From: Vulcanimicrobiota bacterium
GTDB taxonomy: Bacteria; Vulcanimicrobiota; Vulcanimicrobiia; Vulcanimicrobiales; Vulcanimicrobiaceae
Direction of reading: 5' to 3'
Length of the DNA stretch: 12,255 bases
Assembly (NCBI GenBank): GCA_003133025.1
Contig: PKZK01000131.1
Location: forward strand, 1-12,255
Below are positions 1 through 6,896 of this stretch, one piece after another. The translations under genes and the position numbers were made by a program. The notes beneath the pieces were generated by a model. The model did not search any database. It saw only the letters and a program-made list of their open reading frames with translations, and was not told the origin of the DNA. How positions within the stretch are numbered: the stretch's first letter is position 1; the number at the start of each line of letters is the position of its first letter.

Positions 1-837
1 GGCGCGTTCGCGCGCTGCGACGACTTGCGGCTCGTGGTCGTGGCCGGCGGCGCGGCGTTGCGCGCCGCGCGCGCGGCCGCGCACGGCGAGGCGGCCGGTG
101 TGCTCGACGAATTGCTGCGCGCCTTCGAGGCCGGGCGAACGCGACCCGAACGCCTGCGCCTGCGCGCGTACGATCTGGATTTCACCGGCGGCGCGAAAGT
201 CATGGGCATCCTCAACGTGACGCCNNNNNNNNNNNNNNNNNNNNNNNNNNNNNNNNNNNNNNNNNNNNNNNNNNNNNNNNNNNNNNNNNNNNNNNNNNNN
301 NNNNNNNNNNNNNNNNNNNNNNNNNNNNNNNNNNNNNNNNNNNNNGCGCGCTACGACGCCGCGCTCGTGGTCATGCACCTCAAGGGCGAACTCAACGTCC
401 GCGCCGCCGCCTACGCGTATGCCGACGCGCAAGCGGAGATTTCGGATTTCCTGCGCGAGCGGCTCGACCGGGCGCGCGCCGCGGGCGTCGCCCCGGAGTC
501 GTTGATCGTCGATCCGGGCCTGGAGTTCGGCAAGGAGCCCGAAACGGATCTGGAGATCCTCGAACGGTTCGGCGACCTGCGGGCGCTNNGCCGCAAGAGC
601 TTCATCGGGCGCATCTTCGCGCGTCCGGCCAAGGAACTGCTCGTGCCTTCGCTCGCGACCGCCGCGCTCGGGATCGCCGCCGGCGCGCGTCTGGTGCGCG
701 TCCACGACGTGGCCGAGACCAAAGAACTGGCGCGCATGCTCGCGGCGGCGCTGCCCGCGGGCCGGGCCGCGCTGCACGTCGCCCCGGCGATGCCCGGCAC
801 GCCGGGCGGAACCCTATCGACGGCGAAACTCGTCTAG
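1..837 (+). CDS. folP: Dihydropteroate synthase with N-terminal extension; 5'-truncated and interrupted by two N-gaps
   Basis: Frame 1 is open from base 1 to TAG at 835-837. DHPS motifs: VMGILNVT(P), VVMH, IVDPGLEFGK, RKSFIG, GARLVRVHDV. Lies directly upstream of folK. Confidence 0.93.
   Translation, partial: GAFARCDDLRLVVVAGGAALRAARAAAHGEAAGVLDELLRAFEAGRTRPERLRLRAYDLDFTGGAKVMGILNVTXXXXXXXXXXXXXXXXXXXXXXXXXXXXXXXXXXXXXXXXXARYDAALVVMHLKGELNVRAAAYAYADAQAEISDFLRERLDRARAAGVAPESLIVDPGLEFGKEPETDLEILERFGDLRAXXRKSFIGRIFARPAKELLVPSLATAALGIAAGARLVRVHDVAETKELARMLAAALPAGRAALHVAPAMPGTPGGTLSTAKLV
225..345. other. Assembly gap (121 N) inside folP
   Basis: Run of N. About 100 aa normally separate NVTP from the xMH strand in DHPS, so the true gap is probably longer than the 40 codons shown. 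Confidence 0.95.
588..589. other. Small assembly gap (NN) inside folP
   Basis: The beta-strand that normally precedes SRKS (e.g. xPxLxGxSRKS) is absent exactly at the NN. Confidence 0.9.
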
Positions 838-845
838 AGGTGGAT

Positions 846-2324
846 ATGCATACCGTGTACGTCGGCGTCGGGTCGAACCTCGGCGACCGCCAGGGCAACA
901 TTTTGCAGGCTCTGCAAAAGCTGCGCGCCCGCTGCGGCGTCGAGGCCGTTTCCGCCTATTACGAGACGCCGCCGCTGGCCGGGGCCGAAGGCCCCGCATT
1001 TCTCAACGTCGCGGCGCGGCTCACGACCGACCTCGAACCGGTCGAGTTCGAGCGCTTCGCGCGCGCGGTCGAGGTCGGCGTCGGCCGGCAGCGCGCGCGG
1101 CACTTGGCGGCGCGTCCGATCGATATCGACATCCTGGCCATCGACGCGCTGGCCCGCGACTTCGGCCGCTTCGAAGTGCCCCATCCGTATTTGGCCGCGC
1201 GGCCGTTCAACCTGATTCCGCTCGCCGAAATCGCACCGGGCCTCACCCTGCCCGGCCACGCGAAGACCGTCGCGGAATTGGCCGCCGCGGCCGACGCGCG
1301 CGGCATCTCGCGAAAAGTACGGTCCTTGAATTTCTTGGCCAATCGCCAAGAGGACGAACCCGACGTCAAGCTCTCGATCGCGCGCGCCGGCGTTTCCAGC
1401 GTAAAGCGTCAGGTGCGCTTGGCGCTCGACGGCAAGACGACCGTCTTCAACGGCGAGTTCACCATGGTCGCCGACCTCGCGCCCGACAAAGCCGGCGTGC
1501 ACATGTCGCGCTTCTCCGAGTTGCTCGAGGAGGCGTTGCTCGACGTGTTGGCGCGTAGCGAGCCCGCGGGCCGCATCGAGGACGTGGTGGCCACGGTGGC
1601 CCGCGAGATCGTCGATTCGCAGAAGGCGCTGCGCGCCGACGTGCGGCTGCGCGCCGATTTCGGGCTCGAGCGCTGGACGCCGGTCAGCGGCAAGCGCGGT
1701 GAGGAAACGTACACGTTGGTGGGCATCGCGCACGCCGACCGTTCGGGCGTGCGGCGTCTGGTCGGCGTCGAGGCCGAAGGCATGACGGCCTGCCCCTGCG
1801 CGCAACTGATGATCCGCGAACATTCGCTGGTCGAGTTGCGCGAAGCCGGCTTCAGCGAGGCCGATGCCAATCGCGCGCTCGACGCGCTGCCGGTCGCGAC
1901 GCACAACCAGCGCGGGCGCGGCGCGATTCTGTTGGGCACCAAGAGCGGACGCGACGCCGAGATCCGCGCCGAAGACCTCGTGGAAATCGTCGAGAACTCC
2001 ATGTCGAGCGAGACGTACGATCTGCTCAAGCGTCCCGATGAGTTCTTCATCGTGAACAAGGCGCACCACAATCCGAAATTCGTGGAAGACGTGGTGCGCG
2101 GCATCATGGGCCGCGCGCTCGACGTGTACGCCGACTTCCCCGACGACACGTTCGTCTTTGCTTCGCAAGTCAATTACGAGTCGATCCACAAGCACGACGC
2201 GCTGGCCGAGGCCTTCGGCACGTTCGGCGAACTGCGGCACGAATTGCGCACGGGCGAGCACGCGACCGAGAAGACCGATCTCGCGACCTGGCTCGGCGCG
2301 AGAAGCACCGCGGTCCTCGCGTAG
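846..2324 (+). CDS. folK-mptA: Fusion of HPPK (FolK, about 846-1300) and GTP cyclohydrolase of the FolE2/MptA family (about 1341-2324)
   Basis: HPPK motifs: VYVGVGSNLGDR, SAYYETPP, FLNVAA, RPIDIDIL, VPHP...RPFNLIPLAEIAP. FolE2/MptA motifs: GVHMSRF, MTACPCA, THNQRG, LLKRPDE, NPKFVEDVVR, NYESIHKHDA. One uninterrupted ORF with no N. ATG 846 follows AGAGG at 836-840; GTG 840 is an alternative start. Confidence 0.93.
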   Translation: MHTVYVGVGSNLGDRQGNILQALQKLRARCGVEAVSAYYETPPLAGAEGPAFLNVAARLTTDLEPVEFERFARAVEVGVGRQRARHLAARPIDIDILAIDALARDFGRFEVPHPYLAARPFNLIPLAEIAPGLTLPGHAKTVAELAAAADARGISRKVRSLNFLANRQEDEPDVKLSIARAGVSSVKRQVRLALDGKTTVFNGEFTMVADLAPDKAGVHMSRFSELLEEALLDVLARSEPAGRIEDVVATVAREIVDSQKALRADVRLRADFGLERWTPVSGKRGEETYTLVGIAHADRSGVRRLVGVEAEGMTACPCAQLMIREHSLVELREAGFSEADANRALDALPVATHNQRGRGAILLGTKSGRDAEIRAEDLVEIVENSMSSETYDLLKRPDEFFIVNKAHHNPKFVEDVVRGIMGRALDVYADFPDDTFVFASQVNYESIHKHDALAEAFGTFGELRHELRTGEHATEKTDLATWLGARSTAVLA

Positions 2325-2329
2325 TAGAC

Positions 2330-3598
2330 GTGGAAATTTGGGCTTCGCCCGAGCCCACGTTCGCGCGCATCTCCGCGGATGCCACGCGCGACCAGCTCGC
2401 CGAAACGGGCCACGAGGCCCGCGACGGCGACATCGCCCTGCTCGGGTCGCTCGGCGTTCGCGCGTCGCGGTATCCGGTGCTCTGGGAGAAGTGCGCGCCG
2501 CACGCGGGCGTCGCTCCCGACTTCACCTGGGCGCGGCGGCGCCTCGAGGCCTTGCGCGACCAGGGCATCGAGCCGGTGGTCACGCTCGTGCATCACGGCA
2601 GCGGCCCCGGCTACACGAGCCTCGTCGATCCGGGATTTCCCGAGGCGTTGGCCGCCTACGCCGGAGAAGCGGCGCGCGCTTTCCCCTGGGTGCGCCGTTG
2701 GACGCCGATCAACGAACCGCTGACGACGGCCCGGTTCTCGACGCTGTACGGCAATTGGTACCCCAACGGCCGCGACGACGACGTCGCCTTCGGGCACGCG
2801 ATCGTGTACGAAGCGCTGGGCATCCTGCTCGCGATGGAAGCGATCCGCGCGCACGCGCCCGCAGCTGAGCACGTGCTCACCGAGGATCTGCAGAACTTCA
2901 CGCCGGTCGACACCGATCCGCACACGCTCGCGACCGTGGCGCACCAGCGCGAACGCCGCTATCTGTCGGCCGAATTGTTGATGGGCCGCATCGTCGCGGG
3001 CCATCCGATGCATGCCTATCTCACCGGCACGTGCGCCGTCGCGCAGGCGCTGCTCGACCGGATCGCGGCGCATGCCTCGCCCCCCGACGTGATGGGTTGG
3101 AATTATTATCCGAATTCCGAGCGCGTCTTCACCGCGGCCGACGGCTATGTGAGCGACGTCCCGCGCGTGGTGGTGGCGCCGGGCAGCCTCTCGGCCGAAC
3201 GCATGTTGCGCGCCGCGTACGACCGGCTCGGCTTGCCCTTCGGCTTCTCCGAGGTGCACGTCAATGCCGGCGAGCGCGGCCGCATTCGCTGGCTCGCACA
3301 ACGGCGCGACGAACTCGCGCGCATCGCCGCCGACGGCCTGCCGGTGCGCATGCTCGGCGTGTGGGCCGCGTTTGGCCTCGTGGATTGGGATTCGCTCTTG
3401 CTGCGCCGCGAGGGGTATAGCGAAGACGGCGTCTTCACGTTCGCCGCACCCGACGCGACGCCGCGCGAGACCGCGCTGACGGAGGCCGTTCGCGCGCTGG
3501 CCGCCGGACGCGCGTTCGACGTGCCCGAGGAATTGGGTTGGTGGGAGACGCGGGGCACGCCCGACGGGCGCCTCGCACCGCTCGGCACCGCACGGTAG
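2330..3598 (+). CDS. GH1-like (clan GH-A) glycoside hydrolase
   Basis: RYPVLWE, TLVHHGSGP, acid/base motif TPINEPLTTARFS, MGWNYY and likely nucleophile FSEVH. Resembles the GH1-like domain often fused to RmlD. GTG start 5 nt after the previous stop. Confidence 0.85.
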   Translation: MEIWASPEPTFARISADATRDQLAETGHEARDGDIALLGSLGVRASRYPVLWEKCAPHAGVAPDFTWARRRLEALRDQGIEPVVTLVHHGSGPGYTSLVDPGFPEALAAYAGEAARAFPWVRRWTPINEPLTTARFSTLYGNWYPNGRDDDVAFGHAIVYEALGILLAMEAIRAHAPAAEHVLTEDLQNFTPVDTDPHTLATVAHQRERRYLSAELLMGRIVAGHPMHAYLTGTCAVAQALLDRIAAHASPPDVMGWNYYPNSERVFTAADGYVSDVPRVVVAPGSLSAERMLRAAYDRLGLPFGFSEVHVNAGERGRIRWLAQRRDELARIAADGLPVRMLGVWAAFGLVDWDSLLLRREGYSEDGVFTFAAPDATPRETALTEAVRALAAGRAFDVPEELGWWETRGTPDGRLAPLGTAR

Positions 3599-3606
3599 AC
3601 TCCAGC

Positions 3607-4674
3607 GTGCGCTTCGATTGCATCGTCGCGGGTTCTCACCTGCGCTACGCGGGCGTGTGGCAACGCCCGCAGCAATTGCTCTCGCGGATGGCGCGGCGCG
3701 TTCCCGTGCTCGTCGTCGAAGAGCCGTTCCTGGGCGCGCACGACGGCGAACACCGTGAGACGCGCGGCGCACTCGAGGTGCTCAGGCCGATCCGCACGAC
3801 GTTCGACGTCGAACGCGTCGACGACGCGACGGTTGCGGCGGTGAAGGCGTGGGTCGGAGCGCGCGCGCCGCTGATCTGGCTCTATTCGCCGATGTTGCTC
3901 GCGCTCGCCGAGGCGTTTCCCGACGCACCGCTGGTCTACGATTGCATGGACGAACTGGCCGCTTTCGCCTTCGCACCGCCTCAGATGAAGGCGCTCGAAC
4001 GCGACCTCTCCGCGCGTGCGAACCTGATCTTCACGGGCGGCCGCTCGCTGCACGAAGCGCGCAAGGCCCTCGGGGCAAAGGTGAAGCTGTACGAGAGCGG
4101 CGTCGAGTTCGCGCGCTTCGCCGAGGCCGCGCGCATCGCGCCGCACGCGCTCTACGCGCACTTGCCGCGGCCGGTCTACGGCTACTTCGGCGTGATCGAC
4201 GAACGCTTGGACCTCGAGGTGCTCGAGGCGCTCGCGCGCAGCGAGGCGCAGACCGTGATGGTCGGCCCGGTGGTCAAGATCGATCCCGCGGTGTTGCCGC
4301 GCCGGCCGAACGTCCACTTCACGGGCGCGGTCGACTATGCGGAATTGCCCGCGTTCCTGGCGGGCTTCGACGTCGCGCTCTTGCCCTTCGCACGCAACGC
4401 GGCGACGGCCAATATCTCGCCGACCAAGACGCCGGAGTACCTCGCCGGCGGCAAGCCGGTCGTCTCCACGCCGATCGCCGACGTCGTTGCCGGCTGGGGC
4501 GACGTGGTCGAGGTCGCGGAGACGCCCGCAGCGTTCGCAGCCGCCTGCGCGGCCGCGGCCGCCGCACCCGATGCCGCACGCATCGCGCGGGGCACGGAAC
4601 GCGCGCGCGGTGCCGGCTGGGACGCCATCGCCGAGCGCATGTGGATCGACCTCTGGGATGGGCAGGCCGGCTAG
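3607..4674 (+). CDS. GT-B fold glycosyltransferase (GT4 / Glycos_transf_1-like, of the type often found with UDP-galactopyranose mutase)
   Basis: SHLRY..VWQRPQQLL, VYDCMDELAAF, GYFGVIDERLD, GPVVKID, FDVALLPF, ISPTKTPEYLAGGKPVVST. Start taken as GTG 3607, just after the GH stop, rather than 3538. Confidence 0.9.
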   Translation: MRFDCIVAGSHLRYAGVWQRPQQLLSRMARRVPVLVVEEPFLGAHDGEHRETRGALEVLRPIRTTFDVERVDDATVAAVKAWVGARAPLIWLYSPMLLALAEAFPDAPLVYDCMDELAAFAFAPPQMKALERDLSARANLIFTGGRSLHEARKALGAKVKLYESGVEFARFAEAARIAPHALYAHLPRPVYGYFGVIDERLDLEVLEALARSEAQTVMVGPVVKIDPAVLPRRPNVHFTGAVDYAELPAFLAGFDVALLPFARNAATANISPTKTPEYLAGGKPVVSTPIADVVAGWGDVVEVAETPAAFAAACAAAAAAPDAARIARGTERARGAGWDAIAERMWIDLWDGQAG

Positions 4675-4691
4675 CCGATACTCAAGGGGAC

Positions 4692-5747
4692 GTGCGCCGA
4701 GCCTCCCACCTGGAAACGATCGACGGCCTGCGGGCGCTGGCCGTGCTGGCGGTGCTCGGGTATCACGCGCTCGTGCACGCCTGGACGGGCACCGCTCCGG
4801 CCTGGATCGCCTGCGGAGCGCGGGGCGTCGATCTCTTCTTCGCGATCTCGGGTTTCTGTCTGGCCTTTCCGTATCTGCGCGCGTACCGGAGTGCCGGCGT
4901 GCTCGAGATCGGCTATGGCCGCTTCATGGTGCGCCGCATCGCGCGCATCGTACCGCCGTATCTCGCCGCGCTCGCGCTCTTCGCGCTGCTCTCGCTGACG
5001 AGCTTCGGGTTGCCGACGGCGCCCGGCGTGCACTTGACGCCCGCGGCCGCGCTACGCGAATTGGGGTTGGAGAGCGTCTTCTTGACCGACATGTCGCCCG
5101 CGTACGACGCCTCGTTCTGGACGCTCGGCGTCGAGATGCGCTGGTATCTGCTCTTTCCTTTGCTGCTCGAACTCTACGTGCGCTCGCGCATGGGCTTCTA
5201 TCTCGTGGGCGGCCTGTGCTACGCGCTCTATTTCCTCACGCCGTGGAGCGTGGCCGACGAAGGTACGCTGCCGTGCTTCATGCTCGGCATCGTCGCCGCC
5301 GATCTCCACCTCGCCGAGAGTCCGCTGCGCCGGTTTGCGCCCGTCGTCGCGGTCGTCACGCTCGCGGCCGCGGCGTTGTGGCAGTCGCGCGTGGATTGGG
5401 TCGATCACGGCAACCCGCTCTGGCACGCCGCGGCCTTTTCACTCGTCGTCGCCTCGGGTTCGGGCCTCTTCGCGCGCGCGTTGCGCTGGAAAGCGCTGGC
5501 CTTCACGGGCGTCGCGTCGTATAGCATCTATTTGATTCATCAGCCGGTGCTCGACGCGCTCGCCGCGGCGGGCGCACCGGCCCCGGTCGCCGCCGCCGCG
5601 GCCTTGGCCTGCGGCTTCGCGTTCTACTTCGCCGTCGAACGTCGCGCGCTCGACCCGCGCTTCCGCAAGCCCGCCGAGGCACTGCTTTCGAAGGTGCTGA
5701 CGCCGCTGCTCAAGAGACCGATTCGAGCCGTTCGATCCGGCTCTTGA
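4692..5747 (+). CDS. Acyltransferase family 3 (OafA/YrhL-like) integral membrane O-acyltransferase
   Basis: IDGLRALAVLAVLGYH, GVDLFFAISGF, FMVRRIARIVPPY, FWTLGVEMRWYLLFP, SYSIYLIHQP, VER, with many hydrophobic segments. This is the 3' part of ORF 3849..5747; the GTG 4692 start is inferred. Confidence 0.9.
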   Translation: MRRASHLETIDGLRALAVLAVLGYHALVHAWTGTAPAWIACGARGVDLFFAISGFCLAFPYLRAYRSAGVLEIGYGRFMVRRIARIVPPYLAALALFALLSLTSFGLPTAPGVHLTPAAALRELGLESVFLTDMSPAYDASFWTLGVEMRWYLLFPLLLELYVRSRMGFYLVGGLCYALYFLTPWSVADEGTLPCFMLGIVAADLHLAESPLRRFAPVVAVVTLAAAALWQSRVDWVDHGNPLWHAAAFSLVVASGSGLFARALRWKALAFTGVASYSIYLIHQPVLDALAAAGAPAPVAAAAALACGFAFYFAVERRALDPRFRKPAEALLSKVLTPLLKRPIRAVRSGS

Positions 5748-6879
5748 GCGAGGGGTGCGAGGAGAAGAGCACCTCCATCCAACGCGGCTGCTCGTCTTCG
5801 GCCATGTTCTTGTCGCGCAAGCGCCTGAAGGCCGCAGCGCCGGAGTGCGCGGCGCCGGTCGCTTCGAGCGCGAACCCGTCGGCGGCGCGTTCGCGCGAGC
5901 GCGAGAAGGCCGCGAGCGCGGGTCCCGCCGCGAGCGTCAGGAACGACGCCGCGAAGAACGTGCGGGCCAAGCCCAGCGTCGAATCGAGCGGCGTGCCGTC
6001 GCGACCGGCCACCGCTCGCGCACCGAAGAAGACGAACGCGGCGGCGGCGGTGCCGCCCGCGACCGAACGCCACACGTCGCGACTGACGTAGTGACCCAGT
6101 TCGTGGGCGACGACGAAGACCGTTTCGTCTTCCGCAAAATCGCGCAGCAAGGTATCGCCCAGCACGATCCGCTTCGAACCGAAGAGTCCGGTGACGTAGG
6201 CGTTGGCCTTCTCCGTCTGCTTGCTCATGTCGACGCGTAAGATCTTCGCATCGCCGGCGCCGTAGCGCGCGGCGAGCTCGCGCAGCTTGACTTCGAGCGG
6301 ACCGTCCAACGGTTCGAAGGTGTTGAAGAGAGGCGCGATCAGGTTGGGCATCAACACGTTGGCCAGCACCAGCAACGGCAGCGCGCCGCCCGTTGCGAGC
6401 AACGGCCACGAGCGCGGCGCCTTGGCGATCGCCGTCGCCAGCAATTCGAGCAGCGGCAGCGAGATCGCGGTGGAGACGGCAAAGCTCTTGACCTGATCGA
6501 CCGCCCAATCGCGCCCGCTCTGCTTGCTCAAAGCGTAACGCCGTTCGAGCACGTGTCCCTCGACGTAGTTCGCCGGAACGTCGAGCAGCGCGCTGAGGGC
6601 CATGCCGCCGGCCAACAGGCCCAGACGGCGCAGGCGCGGTTCGCCGCCGGCGGGCGGCGCGAGCGCCTCCGCAGCGGGCCCGTAGGCGAGCGCGCCGAGT
6701 TGCGCGAGCGAGCGTGCGATGCCTGCGAGCATCAGGCGCCGGCGCAGCCTGCCGTAGGCTTTGGGATCGGGTTCCAACGGAGCCTGCTTGGCGCGCAGGT
6801 CCGCGAGCGCTTCGAAGGCGCGAGTGGTGGCGTAGCCGAGCGCGAATCCGCCCGCGGCTCCGATGATTAGCCGGCGCAT
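5710..6879 (-). CDS. M48 family (Ste24-like) membrane zinc metalloprotease
   Basis: ANAYVTGLFGSKRIVLGDTLL, HELGH (HExxH), SRSRERAADGFA, SHPSLKSRI and N-terminal hydrophobic segments. Confidence 0.93.
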   Translation of the reverse strand: MRRLIIGAAGGFALGYATTRAFEALADLRAKQAPLEPDPKAYGRLRRRLMLAGIARSLAQLGALAYGPAAEALAPPAGGEPRLRRLGLLAGGMALSALLDVPANYVEGHVLERRYALSKQSGRDWAVDQVKSFAVSTAISLPLLELLATAIAKAPRSWPLLATGGALPLLVLANVLMPNLIAPLFNTFEPLDGPLEVKLRELAARYGAGDAKILRVDMSKQTEKANAYVTGLFGSKRIVLGDTLLRDFAEDETVFVVAHELGHYVSRDVWRSVAGGTAAAAFVFFGARAVAGRDGTPLDSTLGLARTFFAASFLTLAAGPALAAFSRSRERAADGFALEATGAAHSGAAAFRRLRDKNMAEDEQPRWMEVLFSSHPSLKSRIERLESVS

Positions 6880-6896
6880 GGCCGAAGTCGTACGCC

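Noticed and set aside
511..534. sul-type sulfonamide resistance gene
   Set aside because: Lacks the Sul Phe-Gly insertion (DPGMGFFLG-type), sits in a fol operon and has no mobile context.
225..589. folP as an internally deleted or degenerate gene
   Set aside because: Both missing segments coincide with N runs and the visible catalytic motifs are intact.
3596..3601. TAGACT before the GT start (and GATACT at 4677-4682 before the acyltransferase) as leaderless -10 elements
   Set aside because: Spacings of 5 and 9 nt are marginal, there is no -35 support, and TAG is simply the upstream stop codon.
3849..4691. Long N-terminal extension of the acyltransferase (632-aa ORF)
   Set aside because: Arg-rich off-frame translation of the GT gene; acyltransferase motifs begin only after 4692.
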